A DNA stretch of 64,000 bases from Enoplolaimus lenunculus. Its lineage: Eukaryota. The DNA lies in assembly GCA_030248215.1 (NCBI GenBank), contig JASANG010001276.1, positions 62,001 to 126,000 of the forward strand, in the 5' to 3' direction. Below the pieces are notes generated by a model. That model did no database searches. It was given only the letters and a program-made list of their open reading frames with translations, and was not told where the DNA came from. The first letter of the stretch is position 1. Every line of letters starts with the position of its first letter. This document shows, in pieces, positions 36,099-49,300 of the stretch. Made by a program: the position numbers and the translations under genes.

Positions 36099-36299
36099 CA
36101 CTGCAAAAAAATGGTGAGTCAAACTAACTCTCTTCGAAATCAACTTTTCCTGACTACGTAAACTGTGTCAAAATTCGACTCCGCCAGGGTCAAATTGTGT
36201 CGAATTTGACTCAGGAGGAGTCAAATATTGACTCAGTTTGTGTTGACAGGAAAAGGTTATTTCGGAGAGAGTCAATTTGACTCACCATTTTTTGCAGTG
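36099..36299. mobile_element. Palindromic CACTG-ended MITE
   Basis: TA-CACTGCAAAAAAATGGTGAGTCAAA...TTTGACTCACCATTTTTTGCAGTG-TA. Confidence 0.85.
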
Positions 36300-36914
36300 T
36301 ATAAATATTAAGAATATCCGTCCGCAATATCTCAGAATCGATCCAGCCTTCCAACGTCTCAAACAACGCCCGAGACCAAATCAAAAATGGATAAAACAAA
36401 GCATGCACTTTGGTGCAATAGAAATGAACAGAAATATTGTGCATCAACCAAGCCATCGACTATTTTGCTTTTTTACTGTGGTAAAATAAAATACACAGGA
36501 AATTTCATATCAAAATACACCGAATGAGATCTGATTCAAAATTTTCGTAAAATGCTTATATTTTGAAAACTTTAAAAAATAAAAAATATGTAATTTGCAG
36601 ATTTTGGTCTTTTATCGTATTGCAAAATCAGTACCAAACATTAGACACAATATAAAAGTTAAAGCGAAAAATCAAACATAAACAGACACGACAGCATGAA
36701 TGAGAGTTGCACTGCAAACTGCGCATTACAACGTTTCGTTGCTGTCTGAGGAGGGCCTGATGTGATCCGGGGGTGCGGTACTGTAATTCACATAATGGTA
36801 ATTGCTGGGGTGACGAGTTTAAAGATAAACAGCTCAGAGCGATTGATATTAAGACTTTGGAAACAATGCAGCAGTGCGGCTATGTCGACTGATCCGCGAT
36901 GCCGTATCGATTTA

Positions 36915-37128
36915 CACTGTAAAAAATGATGAGTCAAGTTGACTCCCTCCAAAATAGGCTTTTCGGGACTACACAAATTGAGTCACAAAATTTATCTCTC
37001 GGCCAGAATCAAATTCGATCAACCTATTCGCACGTTTGACTCTGGCGGAGTCGAATTTGACTCAGTTTGTGTAGTCCCGAAAAGCCTATTTCGGAGACAG
37101 TCAATTTGACTCACCATTTTTTGTAGTG
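36915..37128. mobile_element. Palindromic CACTG-ended MITE
   Basis: TA-CACTGTAAAAAATGATGAGTCAA...TTGACTCACCATTTTTTGTAGTG-TA. Confidence 0.85.
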
Positions 37129-37624
37129 TAAACCTTAGTGCGCCAATAGAAACGTAGGAGTAAGCTCTTGTAAAACTTTGTCTAATCACTACAATGACAA
37201 GTTCAGCCGAACTAATATTCAAACGCAGAACGCAGAACAGACGGCGTCGCCGAGGGGCCCGGGCCTGGGCCGGATCCGTGCACAAATTTTGGTCCGCGCG
37301 CCTAAGCGGACCGGGCCCGGGTTCTGGCACAATCTTTGGACCCAGGAGCATAAATCAATCGGAGCAGTGCGTGAGCTGTTTTTGTCTCATGAACCCATGA
37401 AATAGACCGTTGATTTGGTATTATAGTAAAAGATTTAGATACGTATTTTTAATCCCTAATTGCTTTCATGCAACGATTTTGAAACGAAGGGTTAATCTGC
37501 AAAAATTTCGAAGGATAGTTTCTTGAGTTTCTAAATCGCTCTCATTTACATCTATATACTGATGTAAAAAGTGTTGTAGTATACGGTACTAAGCAAGCGA
37601 GGCTTGTTGGTTATCTAGAATCTT

Positions 37625-37733
37625 GGCCAATGTTACTTTTAGGGCCGTAACAGTAGATTAAGCGTATTCCTAAGCCTAAGCCTAAGCCTAAGCGTTGCAA
37701 AAGCGTATTCCTTAGCCAAACCCTAAGCGGGCC
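37625..37733. mobile_element. Telomeric-repeat MITE, type B, internally deleted
   Basis: GGCCAATGTTACTTTTAGGGCCG...GGGCC with perfect TSD AGAATCTT. Confidence 0.85.
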
Positions 37734-38206
37734 AGAATCTTGAACTGCAGAACTTTCTGCTGCTATTTTAAGAAATTCTGTTGATGACGTGCAAACACAA
37801 TGCTACTTCTGTTGTTATCCAATCTCACTAGACGACGTGCTTAGTATACAAGCAATAATACGGACGACTCGGAACAGCATTTTAAGTTAAGGTGGCAACG
37901 TAGTAACCGGAACTCGCAGCCTTTTGCGTCCGTCTGTCATTGGAGCTCGTGTGGCTCTGAAGGCAGCTGCACTGAACAGTATTTGGCAAAATATAAAGAA
38001 TATTGTTATGTTTACATGATTTGTTTTATGTTTTGTTTCCTACTTGAAACCTAAGTAAAATTCACGGCCCAGGACCTAAAAAGCCGGCTGGCTCCAATGA
38101 TGATCCAATTTAATTCCAGGAAGAAAACAGAAATTGTCCCAGTATGACAATTATCACCGGTTAGCGAGTAGTAGGTTTTAAACTCGCGACGTCCTGCAAT
38201 TGCAGA

Positions 38207-38367
38207 CACGCCCGTAGCCAGCTCATCATGCTAGGAGTACTAAAAATTTTCATGAGGAGCGTACAAGTGTTTTCGTGGACTTACAAGCAAGGTCGAAAAT
38301 TTTCTCAGTCGGACAAGGTTTTTCCACGGTGGAGAGCCCACTTTGGCCCCGGTTGGCTACGAGCCCG
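38207..38367. mobile_element. hAT-like MITE, copy of 34484-34647
   Basis: CACGCCCGTAGCCAG / TTGGCTACGAGCCCG ends, colinear interior, flanks ATTGCAGA/ATTGCGGG. Confidence 0.7.
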
Positions 38368-38781
38368 ATTGCGGGTCTTAAAATTCGAGCTGAAGTATTA
38401 CAAATAAATGCAAAAAAGTTGCTTAATTTCTAAACGCGGCATTCACTTTTATTTGAAAGTTTACAAGACTTATCATTAACTCGAACCAACAGAAACAAAG
38501 TTAACTTTTAGACTGTGCTATCATGTAAGCAGCAAGCGCCTGTTATAATAAAATTTGCCATGCCGGTTTCGTTACTAGTACGGTTTGTAAATTGTCTCAA
38601 TTTCCCACTAGACCAATTTTTTCAAATTAAATTTCCTTCCTGACGCGTTTTTCAAAACCGTACTTGGAAATGGTTGCGTCAATTTTCCACACGGCGGGCA
38701 CACGATAAAATGGATGACGCATAATCAGTAAAGACAGACCGTATATTCAAAATAATCATGTGACTATATACAAAACTGAAC

Positions 38782-39000
38782 GGCTCATGTATAGAACAGG
38801 GCCGGATTGCTTTCCTCCGGGGCCGCAATAGAATCCGTTTAAGCTTTTAGACTAACTTTTTTGCTTAGGCTTTAGGCTTAGGCTTATGCTTAGGCTTAGG
38901 AATAGGCGCATCCGTACGTTTAGGCTTAGGCTTAGGCGTTAAGGCTTAGGCTTAGGAATATGCTTATACTACTGTTCCGGCCCTGTTCTATACATTGGCC
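38782..39000. mobile_element. Telomeric-repeat MITE, type A
   Basis: TIRs, two TTAGGC arrays, perfect TSD AACTGAAC. Confidence 0.88.
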
Positions 39001-39202
39001 AACTGAACAATGAATTTCGAAGCCATCTAAAAAGTTGAAACAAATGTATGTTTTGAAAATGCTATGGTTGAAATAGCAAACCGTGCAGACATGTTTGTTA
39101 TTCGATTTCGCTTTCAGTTGAATTAATTCTATTTCACTTTAATCTAAAAAAGCGTAATGCAGAGCGCATGCATTATTCGCTAGTTGTTTCTAAAGGTCAG
39201 TT

Positions 39203-39449
39203 GGCATCCATGTGTAGAACAAGGCTGGAACGTTTTTCTGCGAAGCTGTAATAGAGTCTGTTTAACCTTGAGAATATCTTTTTTTGCTTAGACTTAGGCT
39301 TATAGCCTTAGGAATAGAGGAATAGGCTCATCGTTCCGTTTTAAGGCTTAGGCTTAGGCTTAGGCTTAGACTTAGGCTTAGGCTTAGGCTTAGACTTAGG
39401 CTTAGGCTTAGGATTATGCTTTGTTTCGGTCCTGTTCTATACATGGACC
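39203..39449. mobile_element. Telomeric-repeat MITE, type A, with expanded (TTAGGC)n array
   Basis: About 11 near-perfect TTAGGC/TTAGAC hexamers at 39345-39412; perfect TSD GGTCAGTT. Confidence 0.88.
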
Positions 39450-39618
39450 GGTCAGTTTGATCTGGTTTCAAATGTAAAGACTATTCTTGCAAAAAAATTC
39501 TAGATTTTGTGTTGATAATCGCGAGCGTACTCAGTTGTAAAAAGTAAAAATAAAGAAAGCACAGCGCTTTAGACTGAAGGCTAAAGCTTGATAATTTTCA
39601 GGTCTGGTGTAGGTTTTG

Positions 39619-39810
39619 GGCCAATGTTACTTTTAGGGCCGTATCAGTAGATTACACGGTATTAATAAGCCTAAGCTTAAGCCTAAGCGTTCTAAAAGCA
39701 TATTCCTAAGCCTAAGCCTACGCCTAAGCAAAGAAATGTAGTCTAGAATGTAAGCCTACTCTTTTACAGACACGCCAGAAACCGGGACGATCCTAAAAGT
39801 AACATAGTCC
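39619..39810. mobile_element. Telomeric-repeat MITE, type B
   Basis: GGCCAATGTTACTTTTAGGGCCG / CCTAAAAGTAACATAGTCC, near-matching flanks (T)AGGTTT(T)G. Confidence 0.82.
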
Positions 39811-40111
39811 TAGGTTTGGATCGAAATTGAAGCATTAGGTTAAGTTTACGTTTGCGGTGCTCAGATCAGTTGGTGTCGGTATATGTGCAAGGCTGTGTAT
39901 ACAAGGCAAACATTGTCATATATGTGACATTCCGTATAACAAGTTGTTGCCACCACAGTGTGTTGTAAACGGTAGTTTACCAGATAGAGTGCAAGCGGCA
40001 AATGTGCACAAGTTCCTAAAGGTGTGGAACAGACCGTATAACTCCATCAGGGGTTCCTTTGGCTGGTACCAAATTCAAATTAGCATAGTGTGAGTAAAGC
40101 TAGCAAGGGGT

Positions 40112-40288
40112 GGCCAATGTATAGAACAGAGTAGTAGTATAAGCATATTTCTTAGCCTAAAGCCTAAACTTGGGCTTATACCTAAGTCTCTAGTTTAAAC
40201 CTAAGCAAAAAAATAGTCTCAACATTAAGCTTAGTCTATTGCAGTCCCACAAAAAGCGTTTTAAATACCGCTTATCTTTACATGGGCT
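40112..40288. mobile_element. Telomeric-repeat MITE, type A, degenerate
   Basis: GGCCAATGTATAGAACAG / TCTTTACATGGGCT ends. Confidence 0.72.
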
Positions 40289-40349
40289 TAAAGAGTTACC
40301 GTAGTCTTGGATTGATGGATAATTGGTGTAAAAGTATTACAATCATGTC

Positions 40350-40550
40350 GGCCAATGTTACTGTTAGGGGCGAAAAACAGTAGATTATGCGTTTTCCTAA
40401 GCCTTAAGCGTAAACATGAGACTTTCACAAATGTGTTCTTAAGCGTAAGCCTAAACCTAAGAATAAGCAAAAAAATGTAATCTAGAATCTAAACCTACTC
40501 TTTTATAGACCCGCACCAGAAACCTGGACGCCCCTAAAGTAACATGGGCC
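40350..40550. mobile_element. Telomeric-repeat MITE, type B
   Basis: GGCCAATGTTACTGTTAGGGGCG / CGCCCCTAAAGTAACATGGGCC, perfect TSD ATCATGTC. Confidence 0.88.
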
Positions 40551-41085
40551 ATCATGTCAATCCAGACTGCTATGATGGTGAAAAACTTAAAATGGATACT
40601 TTGTGGATTCCACGGAAAAAATGTTAAATTGAAATTTTAAACTTTTAAACGCAATGTGTAAAAATAGCTTGAGATAATATAAAATATTAACTTTTTTAAC
40701 CTATAAATTCTGTCACATTTAATTTTCATTCTACCGTAAAATAGTCTAAAATACCATGATTGTGGTGTATAATATATGTTAGGATTTGGAGTGCACCACG
40801 TTTTAAAATAAAACTTTTTCCTGCAGCAATTTTGCGTTAAATAATATGTTTTGTTAAGCAAAAACGAAATTTCGCTTTACAGTTTCATTTATTTCCTGTG
40901 AAAACTGATAGTAGAGCAGTGTGTTTTTAAAGAAAAGCTTGCTTAAACCAAAGAGTGCCATGATACTCCTAACACGAAGAGTATGCAACTGAGCACATTC
41001 TGTGTAGAAAACAATGTACCCGGCACGAGTTGCATTGTCAAAGTTTCCAGTAAACATAAATACGTTGCATTCCCATATGGTCATA

Positions 41086-41489
41086 CTGTAGTGACCCGAA
41101 TAAGAGGTGGGGACTGATATTTATTTGGTCTCTCCAGAGGGTACCCCCTAGTTATTCGGTTACGGACTGTTATTTATTTTTAACTCACGCTCCACCGCCC
41201 TTCGTTACTGATATATATCCGGTACTGCAATTATCCGTTGAATTAAACGTTTATTTGTCTTGTGTCAATTGCTGGAGCGATAATACAAGGTTATACTTAG
41301 GAATGTACTTTTAAAATTTAAAGCACGTTTTAAAGTTTCGAACTCAAATTATTTGGTCCTGGAGTAAGTTATGCGCTACAATTATGGTTAATTGACATTT
41401 ACGGACTCTAATTAGGGATACGAACTCCTATTGATTCGGACTCAAAATGGGGACCTCCTCTTATTACCCCCTTATTCGGGTCAGTACAG
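41086..41489. mobile_element. Complete TA-flanked MITE (CTGTAGTGACCCGAATAAG TIR)
   Basis: TA-CTGTAGTGACCCGAATAAG...CTTATTCGGGTCAGTACAG-TA. Confidence 0.85.
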
Positions 41490-42000
41490 TACATACTCAG
41501 TTTAAGTTCTTAACCGGTCGAAGCAATATAGTGTGCAGTAAAGCTAAAATCGACCCCCCTTTAAAACGCAATGCGTGCTGGTACATCTTGTACCATGCAC
41601 CGCCTAGGTAGTTGCACACTCCCGTTTAACACTACCCATTCTTGGTTAAACGGACCACAATCTGTTCATTTTAATGGAAAAATTTTCAGTTAGTATTTAA
41701 ATATGAATTACGGAAAATCTTCTATAGAAGGAAGCATATCCTAATAGAACTGTGGCTAGGGTTTTTAACGATTCTCCGGCTCTTACACTCCTGCGTATTT
41801 ATTCATCGCCTGAACGATGTTATCGGTGTATTTCTTGTTGCAATGCCTTAAATAAATCAACACAAACATTACTTCGAACCAGGATTTATTGCTTGACTAG
41901 TTTATGGTGTAAGCTGTAATTCACAGGATAGCACTAGGCTCAGCCTTTGCAACACACTGAATTTAATATTTCAGAGAGTGCTCCGTTTATATTAAATATT

Positions 42001-42623
42001 AGGACTGAACCGGAAATCTGCCTCCGGCTCCGGTTCCAACAGAATATCGACCTCCGGATCCGGTAGAATTCCTGCATGAAGTTCCAGCAATTTTGGCAGC
42101 GAAATTTTGCATACTTTTACAAAATTTATTTGTTTGCGGCGTTTTGTTTTAACTTACGGAGCAATTTTGATTAATGAAACTGTTGAGATTTTGTAGAAAA
42201 TAAGCGTGAAACCAAAAAATTTAACATTAAACACCTTATAGATATTTGGTAAAATTAGCAAATTAAACATCATTTTAACTACGTAAATTCGCCTTACCTC
42301 CGGCTTCACCTCCGGTAACGGCGTCACCTGCGGCTCCGGTTCCGGCAAATTTTGGTGACCACCGACTCCTACAAAGTTGACATACGGCTCCGGTTCTGAT
42401 ATTTTTCACCACTGTTGCACCCTGATATAATACATAGACATATTTCACTAAAAAGCACTGTATATAACATATATTGGAAAAAATCGTATTTTTGGCGTTA
42501 GAAAATAAGATCGTAGGTACTCTCTCTCTCCAACAGTATACTACCGGAAACATACCTCCGGAACCGGCAAAATATGTTGAACCATGGCTCGGATTCCGGG
42601 TTTTCACCTCCGGTTTCACCCTG
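42001..42623. mobile_element. Two adjacent CTCCGG-rich elements (same family as 18254 and 21074)
   Basis: Colinear with 18254-18751; ends TTGCACCCTG (42424) and TTCACCCTG (42623). Confidence 0.55.
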
Positions 42624-44054
42624 CTGTCCAACTAATTTCAATTATGTAATACTCCGGCGTTGAAGTGCAGTTTAACTATTGTTCAAAATTGCAATACCTG
42701 CCAGCTCAACCCAAGATTGAAGCCAATTAAAAATTGATAATTTTATATTTTTACAGCCGCCCGCACATACAAATTGTATTTTATTGAGCCACGGAAATAC
42801 AAAGCCATTAATACATTAAAAACAAATCAAAAACTACAAATTATAATAAAACAAATGAAAAAAATAGGTAATCAGGTTAACAATTCAGACTGGCGTCAGC
42901 TGGCGAACAAAAATTCGCGTAGAGGAAAAAAATGTAGGCTTGTTCCTCAAACCTATACAGTGGTCCCGGTAAATATTGTTTTGTGTTATTTTTTACAACG
43001 TTTAAATAGTGATTGATATATGCCTATTTTAAGCCCAACGAGCCTACACTGGATATTTTTTCCAAAACCAGAGGTACCACTGTATATTTATGCAGAGTTG
43101 TTGCGCTGTGTAAAAAAACGTCGAAATATGGCTATTAAGCAGACCAGGTTTTCAAACTGCAGCAGAGCAAAATAAGGTTTTTGGGAATGAATCAAAGTTT
43201 GGATAGTCACACAAAATCAAGCCAATGTTACTTTTAGGGCCGTAATAGTAGAGTAAACGTATTCTTAATCCTAAGCCTAAGCCTTAAGTACAACTTAACT
43301 GGCTGGACGGACTAAAACTGGAATTGTTATGTGCATAGTGTATCTGATAATTCATTAAGTTTAGCTTAAACTAAAAATATGTAAGATTTTAAATGAGTTT
43401 AAGAGCAACCTTACCTGTTAGCCTAGTTAATCTAGAAAGTTAGTTTAATGCTACTGAATTAGTTAAGCTTAAAGTTTAAGCTTTTAAAGAATCGCAGGTA
43501 TATCAGGTATACAGAACAAGCCAATTGCAAAACCACGGCTAATTTTTGTGTCACACAGTTAAACTTTTGTTTTTTAGAGCTAATACGCCAACTATAGAGA
43601 AAATCCTATAAAAGCTGACCATAGCATATATCAAGGACCTACAAAACACTACTCATACATTTCTAAATTTTGACCATATTAAATATGAATTCGGTCATGC
43701 AGAGTATACAAGGGGAGAGATAAATACTCCCGGTGAGATATAAAAGTAATAAACACCTCCTAATGAAATCTTCGCTGCGCCTCTTTCGGGTTTGAAGTAA
43801 AATCCGTCATTTACACGTCGAAATTTTAATAACTGACTTGTATAGCGGCATTTTTGGCAGTTCAGTGTCTGAGGAACATCAGTCCAATGCTGAACCGTTC
43901 AAGCGCTGTGATTACACTTTATGTTCCGCGAAGCTATGATACAAACAATAAACGTGCCGCTGCTTGCTGAATACAGTTAAATATTTCATTATGGAAACTT
44001 TCGCGAGAATGAAACTTCGATTTGAGATTGGCCTGATTTGTAGGTTTTACCAAC

Positions 44055-44256
44055 GACCCATGTAAAGATCAGAGGCGGAACGTTTTTCTGCGGGACTGGA
44101 GTAGAAAAATGATTAAGCTTTAGACTATTTTTCGCTTTGGATAGGTTTAGGTCTAAGTTCATTCTTACGTTTAGGCCTAGGCTTTAGATTTAGGCTTAGG
44201 CTAAAGCTTAGGAATATGTTTATACTACGATTACGGCCCTGCATTATAGATTGGCT
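44055..44256. mobile_element. Telomeric-repeat MITE, type A
   Basis: GACCCATGTAAAGATC / ATTGGCT ends, flanks TTACCAAC/ATACCAAC. Confidence 0.8.
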
Positions 44257-45814
44257 ATACCAACTATATAATGCTTGGATTTCCGAAACTCTACTTAAGT
44301 ACAACTTCATTCTTAACTATTTGCTAAAACTACTTATATACACATCTTAATGTTTCTGAAACTTTACTTAAGTTGTTTTATCCCAAAAATATAAGTATTT
44401 GCTTAAATCGACGACTTATGTAATGACTTTTAAGCATAAATTAATTAAATACTGAAGTAAGATTTCAGAAACCCAGCCATTGGCTCAATTTTGTTGAATA
44501 TTTCAAATTGTAAAAGTTGGAACACATTTTACGTCCGGCTAAATAGAATGAGACATTTTTAGTGAAAATGTTACATAACACATTCCTCTGCAAATAGATA
44601 TATTTAGTACAATTATATTTGGTTCAATTGAATTTCACTTAGATTCTGTAATATTTTGTCCACGTCTATTTTTAGTCTATAACAGTTATAAAAGCGAACA
44701 GTAGGTTGAAATACCTAAACACGTTGTATCTTAGTATAAAATTCATGCTTCGAAAAAGCTAGACGCACAGTTTTGGTCTTTTAAACCTAAGTATTAAAAT
44801 ATTCAATTCTGAAGAAAGCATTGGTTAACTTTAGCTCTGAGAACAAATTAACCAAATATATTAAACAGTTCACAATCTTAAATCTTTATTCTGCATTTAA
44901 GTAGGTTTGTTACAATTTCAAAAAAATTTTCTTTCTAATCAATGTGATACGTGCAAAGTTACGATGTCAATTCGATGGAAATATACCATCTGATACATTT
45001 GTCGAGTTTGACGTCGATTTCCTTGTATAATAAAGATCACAAATTGCTTGTTTTTTGGCACCACCATGCTATCTGTACACCTTTTTGGTTCTCACGTCGC
45101 TCGCGGCTATACGAACTCACCAAAAACAACTACTTATCCACAATGTAAGGTTTACACATGCGTATAAACTGCTGCTATGCTTGTGTCTGGTAATTTCTAA
45201 ATGCGGTTTGCATATATATACTAAAAGATCAAAACGCTATAAGGTATATACCGCAATAAAGTTTGAGGTGTATATGAAGCGAATGGTGCCCTAGTGAACA
45301 CTCAAACCTATTGGTAGGCACTGGACTCCTACTGAGGTTAAAAGCCACCATATATATAATGATTTGTGAAAAACTGTGACTAAATATTCAAATATCAGAA
45401 ACAGACATTAGCGAATGAAAAACTTATTCAGAACATGAAATGGGTTTAGTTGTTTTCGGTATAATATAATAGTTTATGGATGTTGAAGGGCTTTTAGTTC
45501 ATATATATCTTGGCGTTTGCATTTCACACCAGGGACGCATATGTGTTAGAAGTTGCAGCTATCAAGACTACTTGTACAGAATTGGACTAAAATATTATAC
45601 TGTGCGTGCAACTTTATTTGAAACAAATCGTTTTCGGATACCGCGCACCTCAGATAATATTTGCACTGTAAATGCTGTGATTTTTCATATTTTAATATTT
45701 GAGCTTTACCAGTCTCTAAAAGCTTAAACTAAATTGATTTATGTTCAAGCTAATGCAGCAGTATTAAACTAACTTTCTAGATTAACTAAACTATAACAGG
45801 TAGGTTTACGCTTA

Positions 45815-46302
45815 GACTCACTTATAAAATCTTACGTATTTTTATCGAACTCTTAGATTCATCTTAAAATTCTAGTTTAGTTAGTCCGTCCAGCCATTAA
45901 AATTTTACTAAAACTAATGTTCAAGTTTAATTAAGTTATAAATTAAGTTTAAGCTTTTAGAGAGTAACTGCCTGCTGGCACGTAGCCAGATCTCAGTCCC
46001 AATGAAAACTTTTGATTCCTTAGAATACTGTGGACTTGGCACGTATGTCATTGAAACCTGACTCACTTAAAATCTTACATAATTTTATTGAACTCTTAGA
46101 TTCATCTTAAAATTCTAGATTAAGTAGTCCGTCCAGCCGTTAAAATTTTACTAAAACTAATGTTCAAGTTTAATTAAGTTATAAATTAAGTTTAAGTTTT
46201 TAGAGAGTAACTGCCTTCTGGCACGTAGCCAGATCTTAGCCCCAATGAAAACTTTTCATTCCTTAGAATACTGTGCACTTGGCACGTATGTCATTGAAAC
46301 CC
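45815..46302. repeat. Tandem duplication of about 243 bp
   Basis: GACTCACTTA...AACTCTTAGATTCATCTTAAAATTCTAG...GGCACGTATGTCATTGAAACC occurs twice with few substitutions. Confidence 0.88.
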
Positions 46303-49300
46303 TGGCCCATGTTGCTTTTAGGGGCGTCCAGGTTTCTGGTTGGTCTAAAGCTTAAGCTTACTCTATTCTAGTCACACAGAAAAACGTTCCGCCTGTGATC
46401 TTTACATGAGACACCGGAGTGTTCCGTTTTTTAACATTGAAAACTAATCTTTTCAGCCCAGTGCAATGCGCGCTGAATAAGATATAGCAATAGAATAACT
46501 TCGACCGGCAACCTTACGAAACGGCGTTAAGTTGTCAAAAATAGTTTTTCAAAAAATTAAAGTTTATTTGCACAATGCGCTCCTGTTCGTTACATTGTCC
46601 ACTCACGTTACGTCTTCGATTGATCAACTTGTGCTATTGTGCAAAACTTAACAGCACTTGATAAATTCTCTAATGTGTATTCTAATTAATTATTAAACTC
46701 AGAGAGAAAAAATTTTTTGAAACAGGATCGGAACACCTCTACACACAAAATTGATTGGCTTGAAATTTCAAGACTCCTACTTTCTTGAAATTTTCGAAAA
46801 ATATTCAGACAGTATCTTCATGAATATAAGACAATTTATTTTTTGTGTGTACACCACAAAACAACCGTAAAATTTTCAAAACTTTAAACTTAAGTTCGGC
46901 CATGAGAAGTTTATGTCGTAGTTGGCCAAGATTCGAAACGCAGCGTTTCGGTTTGGAGGCGTTTATACCATCACCATTCAGCGATAGAAGCTTGGCGATG
47001 TAGTCCGAGGACGCTTTCACGTCTTGTTGATATTTTGTATTGCGCGAACGCGAAGTCATTGTAAAATGCAGTGCACTGTGTGCTATTAATTCATGTATGC
47101 AGAGTACAGACTGCACTAAAGTTTCTCATATTCCACTGTGATTGAGAAGGGATTGAGGCTAGGTTTAGGCTCAAGCTAGGCTATGGCCTAGCTTCATGCT
47201 TAGGCTCATTCTTAGACTTAAGCTAAACGTTGCCGATAAAATCGTGCAACATCCTCATACAATTACATTTAATTTTTGCCTCTCATAATTAAATTAGTTT
47301 AACATTCGAAATCTTTTTGAACAAGACAAAATTCAGCGCAGTGGTACACGATTCAATCATATTCTTGATAGAATATCGAAACGCTTTCTCCTAAATACTG
47401 TTTAGATTAAAAAGGCACTGCATACCGTAGTACGTAAAAATAAAATTCGGTTTATTTTCTGCCACGCATATGGCTATAATGTGGCCCGGTCGACCCTCAG
47501 TCTTTTTTCGTTTCTGCCGATATTACACGCTAGCCAGTTCTATGTGCTTTCACCGGTCAACTGCATTTTATTAGTACGCTGATTTACGCACCATTACTTT
47601 CTCTCAATTTACGTTCAATACCTGTTCAATTGCTAATCGAACCAAATCAAACATTAAAGCCTTGCAGTGACGTAAACGGATCAGCCTGATTATGTCTAGT
47701 TTTGCGCATTTTACAGCTGGTTTTGCATTTCCGCAACGGCACCAGGAACTGGGATCCCAGTTATTTGCTCGAGGTAATTGGTTTGTAGCAGTGACATCAG
47801 CTGCGTATATACTCAACTGTAGCCAACCAAGTAAACAGGGCAACGGTAATAAGAGTCAGGGGTCGCGGAGTTGAGCCAATCATTATGCCCATGTGCCTAA
47901 TTGGAGATCGTGCATAAAAAGTGACCACAAATTCTATTTTGAGTCGAAAATTGTTAATTGCGTTGAGATTAATTACCTTATAGATTATCTATATCCATAG
48001 CGGTATACTCGAGGGTTAAAACCTATTTCTAAATTCTAAGTAACCAAGTTTGAAGAATGGTAAAAGTGAAGGATGCGGAGTTCAAATAACAGGATGTGGG
48101 TCGAAAACTAAATAACATTTTGTAACAAAACACCCTGAGGGGTACCCAGTAAAGAGAAGGTGAATATCATTTTTCCTGTCAGTATTCGGGTAACTACAGC
48201 AAATGAACTAAAATTAGTTCACATTAGTAATATCAAGAGTGGATGATGCATACTTTAACAAGAGCATGCAACTATGGATGTATTCTGTGTAGAAAAAATG
48301 TACTCGGCATGCGTTGCGTTTTTGGCGTACCCCCTTGATTTAGAGGGGCGTAAAACCTGTGCAAACCATGACACTTTATGTATATATTCAGCACCGGTTA
48401 TAGTTTAATTCAAGGTTATTTTCATGTATGCATGTGCAAGTTTGGTCGTAAAGCAGCTTTGAAGTTCTTGCAACTGCCTGCAAAAGCTTGCACGTGTGAA
48501 TAGGGCTTTAATGAATTTGAACGAAATTAGTGATTTTTGTAAATTATTTATTTAATGAAATTGTTTTACTCTCCGCAATTCATTGTTATAATACATTTTG
48601 CGGTAGTTTATATTTTTAGTTTTGTAAGACCAGGTAGAAATTTTGTTATGATCAGCCGGCATATGTAAACGTTGCTGTTTGAATGCTATTAGGCAAGGTT
48701 CAGCTGTGTAGCTTCATTCGGTAAATTATTTGCAAAGGATCAATCTTTTTCTAGAAAAAAACATCCCACAACTAAAATTTTTAAAATTATTGTTTTAAAA
48801 ACTCAAGTATGTCACAACTTAGAAAATTTGTGCTACCTATAAGCCCGAATAGACATGTTTTTAAAAGGTACTGCGATTAAAAGTTTTTGCTTGCATCATT
48901 ACACTCCTTGAAACCAAGTAACCTATATTTGGCTGAAAAGTTTAACTATTTCCGTTAAATTGACGTAAATCATCTAAAGAAACTATAGATCAGTACTACA
49001 TAGCAGCATGAGTGGTTTCGGTAGTACAGAGTTTTAGGTCGTCACCAATATTTACGCAATGTATAAATACGTTATACTTTGTTTACTGTGTGTTGCACCA
49101 GGCGCATCTGCAGGGGAGAAACGAGAACGCTGCCTATCTTCAACTTCGTAAACTGAACTTTTATTCAGCTTTAACAACCGAAATGTGTGTTCAAAAAATT
49201 TTACAGTTCTTTTTGAAATGTTATTGAATTTTGGTTTTAAAATATAAATCTTCGTTGCATAACTGGTGTCTCGGTATGGTTACAGCTAAAAGCTTCATAT

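Noticed and set aside
39345..39412. (TTAGGC)n as a true telomere or chromosome-fusion scar
   Set aside because: The array is short and enclosed by TIRs with an 8-bp TSD, so it is transposon cargo.
46805..47116. 103-aa minus-strand ORF as a transposase remnant or gene
   Set aside because: No DDE or other motif is recognisable and there are no linked exons.
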